Position numbers and translations under genes: made by a program
The notes under the pieces: model-generated
What the model was told of the DNA's origin: nothing
Seen by the model: only the letters and a program-made list of their open reading frames with translations
Databases searched by the model: none
Shown here: piece by piece, positions 1-8,421 of the stretch
Position numbering within the stretch: position 1 is the stretch's first letter
Layout: each line of letters starts with the position of its first letter
NCBI GenBank assembly: GCA_007693605.1
Contig: REDG01000037.1
Coordinates: forward strand, 1-32,153
Length of the DNA: 32,153 nt
Direction: 5' to 3'
Origin: Bradymonadales bacterium
Lineage (GTDB): Bacteria > Bdellovibrionota > UBA2394

Positions 1-55
1 ACAGAAAGTTCCGAAAGACCTAGAGCTCAGTCTGGCCAGAGCGCCACGCGCTCAC

Positions 56-179
56 GGGAGTGTCGCTAAAGGCCCATCTGCTTCGGCGGCTGCGTCTCTG
101 CGCTTCTCGAGTGGAATTCGAGCCACACTGCGATGCTCGCTCCTTGCCTTCTCGCATCTGGACCCTTATCGACACTCCC
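56..179. repeat. 124 bp imperfect palindromic intergenic element (ERIC/MITE-like), copy A1
   Basis: Perfect 10 bp terminal inverted repeats GGGAGTGTCG (56-65) / CGACACTCCC (170-179), extending imperfectly inward. A closely similar copy lies at 17929-18052. Confidence 0.9.
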
Positions 180-237
180 ATAATCTAGCGCTCCTTCGGA
201 GCGACAGAACTGCTCTGAAGGCAGTGAAAAAACTGAA

Positions 238-1962
238 TCAAATCCCGATTTCAAGACCTGCGGGACGCAGGTAGTTGTTTCGATAGTACTCGATCGCGGC
301 TCGTACCTCTGAGAGAATGATGGGCTGGTATTGGTGGGCCTCTTGCCCCTCAAATCGCTTGACCGCCTTGCCGTGCGGCTCGACAGTCACCTGCCCAAAC
401 TCGCCGTTCGGAAGATAAGCCACCCGAAGGGTCCCCACATCTCTTAAGCTAATGGAACTAGGTTTTCCTTTCCAGTACTCGAAGGCTAGAGCCTGGTTTC
501 TGGTGTTGTCGATCATGAAGGATGGGCGACCCTTGTCATTGTTTCTAAGCTCAATCTCTCTTGTGACTTTGTCTCCCTCTTTCTCAACGACCCGAGTTAA
601 GTTGCAGCGGGGATCAAATCGAAACTCAATCTCAATCGTTGGACGACCTTCTCTCTTTCGATCCATCCCAGTGGGAAACTGACATCGGTCTCCGTAACGA
701 AACACCAGGGTCTCTCCCGATGGAAGCGCCTCTCTTTTGGTGACACGCCCAGTGGCATCATACTCAAAGGCAAAGCCGCGACCCTGCTGATCGGTCTCAC
801 TCGCAACAAAACCCGTGGTGGGAGAGAGCCTTCGAGTCGTTCGAGAAACCTGCTCATTCTGAGCATTGTAGCGGCTGACTTGCTCAAAGTCTTCGAGCTT
901 AAACTCATGCGTCTCTCGCCGGTCACGGGTCTCTCCGTTAAAGTAAACTACCTCGGTGATTGAATGATTTCGATCCTCTCCCACAAAAGTTCGTGTAAAG
1001 CGAATCACTCGATTGCCAGGCCCGGTCTTTCTCTCAACTTCTTGAGCCTGGTTGTAGGCCAGTTCGAAATTGTGTTTAGCCTCGCTGGAATCTGTGAGCC
1101 TCGTCATATTGCTTTGGGCGTTGTAGCGAAAGCCTCGAGTTCGCCCATCAGGGCCGTTGACCGCAATCAAATGTCTCGCTTCGTCATATTCAAAGCTGAC
1201 TTGTCGCTCGAGACTGTCGGTGAGACTTCGAATCAGGCCGGCTCTTGGCCCCTCAGGATAGTAATCCAAGCGAACCCAACCCCCACAGCTGTCATTAATT
1301 CGCACAAGCTGGTTGCCTTGATAGATAAAGTCTAAGCGATTTCGGTTTCGATCTTCGCTTCGAACCAATCTTCCTTGTCGATCGAAAAACTGCCGAGATC
1401 CATCCTGAAAATCTCTCTCAAAGCTTTCGTCCTCTTTTTTCACCAAGCTCGAACGGCCTCGCGCCAAGCTGTAGTAAGTTCCTGGGCCCAGAGGCCTGGC
1501 GGTGGTGATCAAGCGCTGTGCCTCTGCCTCTCGCATGGCTCGATCCGAAAGCAATCGAGTTCTCATCTCTTCGTAGACTCGGTTCTCTCGAAGTGAACCT
1601 CTTTGGGCGTCCTGCTTTCTGACCTCGACCAGAATCGTCTCAACTAGAGCGCGGTTGGCCTCTTCAAGATTCCTTTCTCGATTGTAGCGGTTTCGAAATC
1701 CGTCTCCCTCAATGATCTCAAAGAAACTGATGCCAGGTTCGACCTTCACATTGTAGTTAAAGGTCCATTTTCTTCCGAAAACACTTTCTGAGCCTGCGTA
1801 AGAATTATAGGCCCCGCGAATTTCAATCTGAGCATCACAAGGCAAACTCAAAAACTCAGCGGGCAAATAGAAGTTCAAAGTGCGCAGGTTGGGCAAGGGA
1901 GCATCCGCCCTCGAAAGTGAGGGCAAGACCAAGGCCACAAGAAGCACAAAAACCCAGGGCAT
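238..1962 (-). CDS. Secreted YD/RHS-repeat protein without toxin tip, resembling Bdellovibrio Bd0109
   Basis: Signal peptide (MPWVFVLLVALVLPSLSRA), RHS N-terminal-like motif YNS...FGRKW, and many YD-type repeats (FDRQGRLVR, YDEARHL, YNAQSNM, YDATGRV). No PxxxxDPxG motif and no toxin domain. Confidence 0.85.
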   Translation of the reverse strand: MPWVFVLLVALVLPSLSRADAPLPNLRTLNFYLPAEFLSLPCDAQIEIRGAYNSYAGSESVFGRKWTFNYNVKVEPGISFFEIIEGDGFRNRYNRERNLEEANRALVETILVEVRKQDAQRGSLRENRVYEEMRTRLLSDRAMREAEAQRLITTARPLGPGTYYSLARGRSSLVKKEDESFERDFQDGSRQFFDRQGRLVRSEDRNRNRLDFIYQGNQLVRINDSCGGWVRLDYYPEGPRAGLIRSLTDSLERQVSFEYDEARHLIAVNGPDGRTRGFRYNAQSNMTRLTDSSEAKHNFELAYNQAQEVERKTGPGNRVIRFTRTFVGEDRNHSITEVVYFNGETRDRRETHEFKLEDFEQVSRYNAQNEQVSRTTRRLSPTTGFVASETDQQGRGFAFEYDATGRVTKREALPSGETLVFRYGDRCQFPTGMDRKREGRPTIEIEFRFDPRCNLTRVVEKEGDKVTREIELRNNDKGRPSFMIDNTRNQALAFEYWKGKPSSISLRDVGTLRVAYLPNGEFGQVTVEPHGKAVKRFEGQEAHQYQPIILSEVRAAIEYYRNNYLRPAGLEIGI

Positions 1963-2004
1963 AGGCCCATTTTAAGGCAATTTCGAGCATTTTACAGCCT
2001 CCCC

Positions 2005-3651
2005 CTAAGAAGCTTTTCGGAGCTTGAAGGCCGTGAATATTCCGACCACTCCCGTAAGGGGCCATAAGACCCAATTGAGGGGGTGCTGGGGCTGAAGAGC
2101 CAAAAGCAGCGCCGACGAAATCAGAAGGCCCGAAAGAATGACGCTTAAGGCTAGTGCACGGTTTCTTTTCTCTGAAGCCAGCAAGGCTTCTTCGATGCCT
2201 TTGAGTTGAGGAAACAAACTGTTTTCTTCGAGTTTCGTGAGAAGGTGTTTGAGTTGAAGGGGAAGATCTGAGCTTAGAGATCGCAGCCCATCAATCATTC
2301 TCAAAAAGTCTTTTGAGAGACTATCCAGCGAGAATCTCTTTCGAATCATGAGTCGAGAAAAGCTTCGGCCAAACTGACTAAAGGTAAAGTCGGGGTCGAG
2401 CCTTCTGCAACAATGCTCTAGGGTCACAATCGAGCGGTAGAACAGAATCAAGTCTTTCGGCAGTCGAATCTGATATTTGTGCGCAAGTTGAACACTATCC
2501 ATCATGAGCTGCCCGACATCCACCTCTTTGAGGGGGCGGCCTAAATTGGGTTGAAGCAGTCTTTCCACATCGCGCTTGAAGGCCCTTAAATTGAACTGAC
2601 CACCAAAATCTGCAATCTCAGAGTAAATGCGAACCAGTGACTGGTAGTCTTGAGTGACCAAAGACAAAAACAGGCGCCCGAGTTTTTCACGAAGCTCAGG
2701 GCTTAGTCGGCCCACCATGCCGAAATCAACGATGCCGACTCGGCCTTTGCCCTCTAGCGAGATCAAGAGATTGCCAGAGTGGGCGTCGCAGTGAAACAGG
2801 CCATTAAAAAAGATTCCTTCCAAGAAAAATCGAGCCACCGACTCAGACAAATAGGAGCGATCCACCGTCTCCGGAAAGACTTCAAGCCGAGACAAAGGGC
2901 TGCCCTTTAGCTCAGACATCGTTAAAACTCGCTTTGAGCTCAGGGGCCAGACGACCTTTGGGATTTCGACCCCCTCGATTTCTTTTGCGTGCTCCGAGAA
3001 GGCCTCGATGTTTTTGGCCTCTAAACTAAAGTCCAGCTCTTCGTAAATGCTTCGCTGAAACTCCTCAACCATGCCCGTGAGATTATATAGACGAAAGGCC
3101 TTTCGAAATCGCTCTAAAGCGCCGGCCACAAAGTAAAGGATTTGAATATCACTCTGAATGTCGCTCTCAATTCCGGGCCTTTGAACCTTCACGACCACTT
3201 CCTTAATTTCGCCTTCGGCAAGGCGTGCCCGATGAACCTGAGAGATGCTGGCAGCCGCAAGGGCTTCCTTTTCAAAACTTTCAAACACATCAGAGAGCGG
3301 GCGCCCCATTTCTGCTTCAAGAAGACTTCGAACTTCAGAAAATCCTATCGCAGGAATTTGGTCCGTAAGTTTTGAGAACTCCTTTATATAGTCGGCGGGC
3401 AAGAGGTCGGGTCTGGTGCTTAGAATCTGACCCAGTTTTATAAAAGTTGGCCCCAGTTCTTCAAAGGCTTGTCGAAGGTGAGTGGGCACCGCCTCTTCTG
3501 ATGGGGGGTGAGCTGACTTCAAGCCTTTCGGGAGGGGAAGATCGGTTTCCTCTAACCAAGCCGAAAGCCCATGCTTTGCAAGAGTTCTCATGATCTCCTG
3601 AAATCGAGACCAGTTTGAGATTTGCTTTCGTAGAGGAATGGCCCAGGTCAT
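2005..3651 (-). CDS. ubiB: AarF/ABC1/UbiB family atypical kinase
   Basis: ELGPTFIKLGQILSTRPDLLP, AAASISQVHRA, VVVKVQRP, FHCDAHSGN and DFGMVG motifs, with two C-terminal TM helices. Confidence 0.9.
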   Translation of the reverse strand: MTWAIPLRKQISNWSRFQEIMRTLAKHGLSAWLEETDLPLPKGLKSAHPPSEEAVPTHLRQAFEELGPTFIKLGQILSTRPDLLPADYIKEFSKLTDQIPAIGFSEVRSLLEAEMGRPLSDVFESFEKEALAAASISQVHRARLAEGEIKEVVVKVQRPGIESDIQSDIQILYFVAGALERFRKAFRLYNLTGMVEEFQRSIYEELDFSLEAKNIEAFSEHAKEIEGVEIPKVVWPLSSKRVLTMSELKGSPLSRLEVFPETVDRSYLSESVARFFLEGIFFNGLFHCDAHSGNLLISLEGKGRVGIVDFGMVGRLSPELREKLGRLFLSLVTQDYQSLVRIYSEIADFGGQFNLRAFKRDVERLLQPNLGRPLKEVDVGQLMMDSVQLAHKYQIRLPKDLILFYRSIVTLEHCCRRLDPDFTFSQFGRSFSRLMIRKRFSLDSLSKDFLRMIDGLRSLSSDLPLQLKHLLTKLEENSLFPQLKGIEEALLASEKRNRALALSVILSGLLISSALLLALQPQHPLNWVLWPLTGVVGIFTAFKLRKAS

Positions 3652-5546
3652 CGGCGACGCCTTTTGCTTCGGTGGCTTCGTCGGTCTCGTCTCGCCGATT
3701 TCTGGCGTTCAGGCTGCTTCTGCCGAGCTCCGCCCAAATGCCCAAGATATCGAAAATCGATCTGCTGCTTCATTCGGTTGACATCATACAGTTGAACCTC
3801 GATTTCGTCGCCTATCTCAAAGCGCAATCCGGCGTTTTTGCCCTCCAGCCACATCTCATAAGTGTCGAGCTGCCAGCGATCTCTGGGTAAGCTCCTCATG
3901 GGCACCAAGCCCTCTACCCCAATATCGGGCAATTCGACGAAAAAGCCGAAATCCTTGATCGAGACAATGCAGGCCTTAAACTCTTCTCCAATTCGCTCTT
4001 CCATATATCGGGCGGCCTTAAGGGCAAGCATTCGCCTTTCGGCTGACACGGCGCGCTGTTCCTTTTCAGAGCAATCGAGCGCCAGATCCTCCAGTTTTCT
4101 TTCTACACCGGCTAATTTCTGGGGTTTCCTTAAAAACAGGCTGTCTCGAAGCATCCGATGCACGATCAGGTCGGGGTACCGACGAATCGGGCTTGTAAAA
4201 TGAAGATAGGCCTTTGAGGCTAGACCAAAATGCTCCACCAAATGGGCCGAATAATGGGCCTGCTTCATCGATCGAAGAAGCAGGTACTGAAGCACCCGTT
4301 GGCGGGGGTGGTTTTCAAAAGCCTTCAAGCATTTCCTAAGAAAAGCTTGCGGATCTTTCAGTTCCCGTTTTTCGAAGTCAAAACCAAAGTGTTTGATGAC
4401 TTGAAAGAAGTGTTCCAGTTTTAAGGGGTCTGGTGCCTCGTGGACCCGAAAGAGAGTGGAAAGTTGAGCTTTCTTAAAAGCCTCGGCGACGGCCTCATTG
4501 GCCGTGATCATAAAGTGCTCAATCAGACGATGAGCATCGTTTCTCTCGATGCTCTTAATCTCTAAAACCTTGCCGTCAGCATCTGTTTTAACCTTTCGTT
4601 CTGAAAGGTCCAGGTCGAGCGCGCCCACTCGCTGTCTTTTTTTGCGCAAGCGCAGAGCCAGTTCTTGAGCGAGTTTTAGCATTGATTGAATCTCAGGCTC
4701 TATTTTTCGAGCGCTTTCATCCTGATCGAGAACCGCCTGCACTTGAGTGTAGGTGAGGCGGGCCTGACTCTTAATGCTCGACGAGTAAACTTCAGTCTCA
4801 AGAATTTCTCCTTGGGGGCCAAGTAGCAGTTCGGCCGTGAGACAAAACTTCTTCTCATTAGGTCGAAGACTGCACAAGTCGTTTGAGATTTTCTCCGGCA
4901 ACATCGGAATCACTTGGTCAGGAAAGTAAATGGATGTGCCGCGCAAGAGCGCCTCTTGATCAAGGGGATCTTTTTCGCGCACGAAGTAGCTGACATCCGC
5001 AATGCTCACCAACAGTCGAAAGTTAGTGTCTTCTTTCTTCACGAAAATGGCATCGTCAAAGTCTTTAGCATCTTCGCCGTCGATGGTTACAAAACTCAAG
5101 TTTTGTAAATCCTTGCGACCCTTAGAATCTTCAAGCTGAAGCCTCTTAGCGGCCGAAATTACTGATTCAGGAAACTCAGTGGGAAAGCCGTGACATTCTG
5201 CGACAAAGTCGAGTTCAAATTCCTTTGAGTCGGGTGACTCAAACTCTTCGATGATTCGAGCATCCCACCTCTTTCCTTTTTTTCGAAGCACTTCAATTCG
5301 CACAATTTTGTGCAAGTCTGAGCTTTGCTTTGCATAATTCTTCTGATCGATCAGAATGTTCTCAGTGACTTCCTTATTGAAAGGAATGAACTGGTAGTGA
5401 GAACGTCGTCGGGGATGGCGAGCAATCCAACCCAACAGAGTCACCAGATTTTTCTGGGTTTTTTTGCTCGACCTCGATGGAGTTTTTAATGTTGTATTGT
5501 TACTGGAGGTATTTAAATTTATGAAAACAGTTGTTCGCTTCTTCAT
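3648..5546 (-). CDS. rnr: Ribonuclease R (RNB domain + S1 + basic tail). True start uncertain, possibly GTG at 5444.
   Basis: TIDGEDAKDFDDA catalytic motif, HFTSPIRRYPDL, S1 domain (FGFFVEL...VEGLV) and Arg/Lys-rich tail. Overlaps the ubiB start by 4 bp. Confidence 0.93.
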   Translation of the reverse strand: MKKRTTVFINLNTSSNNTTLKTPSRSSKKTQKNLVTLLGWIARHPRRRSHYQFIPFNKEVTENILIDQKNYAKQSSDLHKIVRIEVLRKKGKRWDARIIEEFESPDSKEFELDFVAECHGFPTEFPESVISAAKRLQLEDSKGRKDLQNLSFVTIDGEDAKDFDDAIFVKKEDTNFRLLVSIADVSYFVREKDPLDQEALLRGTSIYFPDQVIPMLPEKISNDLCSLRPNEKKFCLTAELLLGPQGEILETEVYSSSIKSQARLTYTQVQAVLDQDESARKIEPEIQSMLKLAQELALRLRKKRQRVGALDLDLSERKVKTDADGKVLEIKSIERNDAHRLIEHFMITANEAVAEAFKKAQLSTLFRVHEAPDPLKLEHFFQVIKHFGFDFEKRELKDPQAFLRKCLKAFENHPRQRVLQYLLLRSMKQAHYSAHLVEHFGLASKAYLHFTSPIRRYPDLIVHRMLRDSLFLRKPQKLAGVERKLEDLALDCSEKEQRAVSAERRMLALKAARYMEERIGEEFKACIVSIKDFGFFVELPDIGVEGLVPMRSLPRDRWQLDTYEMWLEGKNAGLRFEIGDEIEVQLYDVNRMKQQIDFRYLGHLGGARQKQPERQKSARRDRRSHRSKRRRR

Positions 5547-6744
5547 ATCAACTACTGCTGGTGTAGCAGCTTTCGCAAGCTTCGCACTAGCAAATATGCA
5601 TCATCACGGTGAGTCCGCACATCACTTCTCAGGTGAAGTTCGTACTCGTCTTAATTTTACAAATAACGAGGCCTTGGTCAGTGAGGACCTACGGCATCAA
5701 TTCGAAAACCGAGCAAGGGTCAACCTTGACTTTATGCCCATGGATAGCTTGAAGCTCCGTATTGCTCCTCAGGCGACTCATATTTGGGGAACTCAGGACG
5801 GAGCAGGGGCAGATGTGGCGGCTCCAAATGCCTATCTCAAAGAGGCTTGGATGTCCTGGATGCCTTCACATATGCTGACAGCCTTCATTGGCCGACAAGA
5901 AATCAGCTACGGTGCAGGCCGGGTCATTGGTCGAAAAGACTGGAGCCAAGATGGACAGCATTTTGACTCAGCTCGTTTCCGAATCAATTACGATATGGGC
6001 TATACCGACATCTTCTGGGCCAAGCTCTTCGAGGGACAGAATGCAGCAGTGAGAACAAAAGATGCAGATCTTTTTGCTCTTTACACATCTCTTAATCTTG
6101 AAGATCAGATTGAGTTCGTCCGAACTTTAGATTTTCATGCGGCTTACTGGTATCAAAACGGTGACGGGGCTGCTGAAAATAAGAAGTTCTTCGGAGGTGC
6201 GAGAGCTGCAGGCGATATCGCGATGCTTTTCTACGACCTCGAGCTAATGGCTCAGTTTGGAAAGCTTGGTGGGGAGTCTGATACTGGCTTCGCTGGAGAG
6301 CTGCTTGTCGGAATGAACTTCATGGATCGTCATATGGCGGCCTTGAACTTCGCTTACGCCAATCAGCACTATGTTAACCTCTTGGGTGACTATCATCAGT
6401 TTCTTGGTGATTCTGACATCCTTGGTCGACAGAATGTTATGGCGATTGGCTTGAACACCAGCTTCGGCCTAACTGACGAGTTCAACTTTGATCTCGACGG
6501 CTACTATTTCCTGAAAGCTAAGAAAGAGGCAGATGTTTTTAATGCAGTTACCGGAGCTGCTGGCGGTACTGTTGCTCAGTCGGCTTTGGGAATGGAGGCA
6601 AATGCTCGTTTGGGATATCAGCCAAACGATATGCTTCGATTTGAGTTTGGCTACGCCCTCTTTGCGCCTGGCAAGGCTTTCAAAGATGCTGGTGATGACA
6701 AAACTGCACATCGTGGCTATCTTCAAGGAACCATGCAGTTCTAA
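5521..6744 (+). CDS. Outer-membrane beta-barrel porin, alginate-export-like family
   Basis: GGAGGT RBS before ATG 5521, signal peptide ending ALA, IGRQEISYGAGRVIG...W...GQHFD motif, alternating beta-strands and C-terminal Phe (YLQGTMQF). Confidence 0.8.
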   Translation: MKTVVRFFISTTAGVAAFASFALANMHHHGESAHHFSGEVRTRLNFTNNEALVSEDLRHQFENRARVNLDFMPMDSLKLRIAPQATHIWGTQDGAGADVAAPNAYLKEAWMSWMPSHMLTAFIGRQEISYGAGRVIGRKDWSQDGQHFDSARFRINYDMGYTDIFWAKLFEGQNAAVRTKDADLFALYTSLNLEDQIEFVRTLDFHAAYWYQNGDGAAENKKFFGGARAAGDIAMLFYDLELMAQFGKLGGESDTGFAGELLVGMNFMDRHMAALNFAYANQHYVNLLGDYHQFLGDSDILGRQNVMAIGLNTSFGLTDEFNFDLDGYYFLKAKKEADVFNAVTGAAGGTVAQSALGMEANARLGYQPNDMLRFEFGYALFAPGKAFKDAGDDKTAHRGYLQGTMQF

Positions 6745-6799
6745 GCGATTTAGAGTTTGAGTTTCCGGTCATTCGAAGGAATGTTGGAAGCGAAAGCTG

Positions 6800-6840
6800 A
6801 AAAAGGCCCCCCAGAGATAAACTGGGGGGCCTTTTTCTTT
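6800..6840 (+). terminator. Rho-independent terminator, potentially bidirectional
   Basis: AAAAAGGCCCCCCAG-7 nt loop-CTGGGGGGCCTTTTT followed by more T residues, downstream of the porin gene. Confidence 0.9.
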
Positions 6841-6921
6841 GGGGGTGACTGCATTGGCAGGGCTTCAGGCCTTGATTTTCCGCTGTCTGAGGATTATTTC
6901 TGTTTCAGGCTTCGTTCTGGT

Positions 6922-7336
6922 GAGCGCGGATGGGGGAATTAGGCCGAGCCCCTTAGAGGGCGAGCCAAAGAGACCAGTGGCGTCTAGCAATTCCGCTGGA
7001 GAGGAGTTGCGGGATGGAGTTAGAGTTTACCGAGATTCTTGTTTAGAGGGTTTCGGTTGTGAGCGCGGATGGGGGAATTAGGCCGAGCCCCTTAGAGGGC
7101 GAGCCAAAGAGACCAGTGGCGTCTAGCAATTCCGCTGGAGAGGAGTTGCGGGATGGAGTTAGAGTTTACCGAGATTCTTGTTTAGAGGGTTTCGGTTGTG
7201 AGCGCGGATGGGGGAATTAGGCCGAGCCCCTTAGAGGGCGAGCCAAAGAGACCAGTGGCGTCTAGCAATTCCGCTGGAGAGGAGTTGCGGGACGGAGTTA
7301 GAGTTTACCGAGATTCTTGTTTAGAGTTTCGATTGC
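6922..7336 (+). repeat. Tandem repeat of 3 units (139, 139, 137 bp) directly upstream of tRNA-Leu
   Basis: Units start at 6922, 7061 and 7200 with GAGCGCGGATGGGGGAATT. Units 1 and 2 look identical. Unit 3 has a T>C change at 7293, a 2 bp deletion and two substitutions in its tail. Confidence 0.97.
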
Positions 7337-7338
7337 GA

Positions 7339-7420
7339 GCGCGGATGGCGGAATTGGTAGACGCACCAGCTTGAGGGGCTGGCGGGTAACACCATGAGAG
7401 TTCGAGTCTCTCTCCGCGCA
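7339..7420 (+). tRNA. tRNA-Leu(GAG), CCA not encoded
   Basis: Acceptor stem GCGCGGA/TCCGCGC + A, D-loop AATTGGTAGA, anticodon arm CCAGC-TTGAGGG-GCTGG, long variable arm, T-arm GAGAG-TTCGAGT-CTCTC. Confidence 0.96.
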
Positions 7421-7541
7421 GAGCTTCTGCTTTTTCCCTCATGCATCGTCAGACTTCGTTCACTCCTCAGTCGAGTATGAGGAATACACTCCTTCGTCGC
7501 TTACTCGTCTTCCTCGCCTGAGGAAAAAATCATCGCTCTGC
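7418..7541. repeat. 124 bp imperfect palindrome (type B) starting within the tRNA-Leu 3' end
   Basis: Ends GCAGAGC/GCTCTGC, inner arms TTTTTCCCTCA/TGAGGAAAAAA and AGAC/GTCT. The minus strand shows regular GA/GA mismatches. Confidence 0.75.
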
Positions 7542-7597
7542 TTCTGATTGAACTTCTTTTTCCCTTTACTGTGTACTTGCTGGGAGTGGCGATAGGG

Positions 7598-7680
7598 GGC
7601 TCTACACCATTAAAGCCACTTGGGGTCGGGAGACGAAAGTGCCAGACTAGATGCGGCGGCTCTACACCATTAAGTGGGGC
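7598..7680 (+). repeat. Short REP-like direct repeat GGCTCTACACCATTAA x2, 60 bp apart
   Basis: Copies at 7598-7613 and 7658-7673. Reverse-complement relatives lie at 31477-31526. Confidence 0.75.
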
Positions 7681-7683
7681 AGC

Positions 7684-8421
7684 TTATGATCGCCCCTGGG
7701 AGGTGTCTTCGGCTTCTTGGGTCTTTTGCTTCTGCGACTTTTCTTCTTTCACTCGATCGGCAAAGAATCTGTCGATGTCTTGATGATGCCCAATCACCAG
7801 AAGATCATTGCTTAGTTCAAGTCGACTGTCGGGACCTTCGACCAGTTTAAAGCGCTCCTCCTGATAAAAGCCGAGAACGGTAAGTCCGTGCTGCTTTGGC
7901 AACCGAAGCTCACTTAGACTGCGCCCCACCCAGTTGGGGTGGGGATGAATTCTTACAATGCTATAGTTTCTTGAGACCTCAAAGTCTTCAAGCGCACCGG
8001 GTCGTGCAATCAAATTGGCCCAATGCTTTCCCATTTCCTTCTCAATAAACATGACCTCGTGAGCCCCAATTCGATTTAAAATCTGTGCTTCTGATTCTCC
8101 AGCGGCTCTTGCTAAAACCCTTGGAACCTTCATCTCTAAGAGCTTCAAGGTGACCATCACTGTTTCCTGAAAACTGTCGCCGATGCAAACCGCTGCCGCA
8201 TCCACTCGGTGTATGCCGTTTTGCTCAAGCGCTTCGGTGTCCTTTGAATCGAGGCAGACCGCATGATCAACAAAATCAGAAATTTCGTCGACTAGCCTCA
8301 GACTCTTATCGATCGCTAAAACTTGAATTCCAGCGGCGGTCAGCTCCTTGGCTAGTGAGGCCCCAAAGGTGCCCAGTCCAATCACCGCAATTTTCTGATG
8401 GATTCTGCTTTTAACCGACAT
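7684..8421 (-). CDS. ktrA: Potassium uptake RCK regulatory subunit KtrA/TrkA
   Basis: IAVIGLGTFG nucleotide-binding motif followed by a TrkA-C domain (WVGRSLSELRL). Confidence 0.93.
   Translation of the reverse strand: MSVKSRIHQKIAVIGLGTFGASLAKELTAAGIQVLAIDKSLRLVDEISDFVDHAVCLDSKDTEALEQNGIHRVDAAAVCIGDSFQETVMVTLKLLEMKVPRVLARAAGESEAQILNRIGAHEVMFIEKEMGKHWANLIARPGALEDFEVSRNYSIVRIHPHPNWVGRSLSELRLPKQHGLTVLGFYQEERFKLVEGPDSRLELSNDLLVIGHHQDIDRFFADRVKEEKSQKQKTQEAEDTSQGRS

Noticed and set aside
66..353. 95 aa ORF
   Set aside because: It overlaps the YD gene end in another frame and runs through the 124 bp repeat.
238..1962. Polymorphic RHS toxin
   Set aside because: No PxxxxDPxG cleavage motif, no variable toxin tip and no adjacent immunity gene.
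6924..7000. Extra tRNA genes in the repeat units
   Set aside because: Only 17 nt match the tRNA in sense. There is no anticodon arm, T-arm or acceptor 3' strand.
6922..7336. CRISPR array
   Set aside because: The units are near-identical over their whole length, with no unique spacers and no cas genes. It is a tandem repeat.
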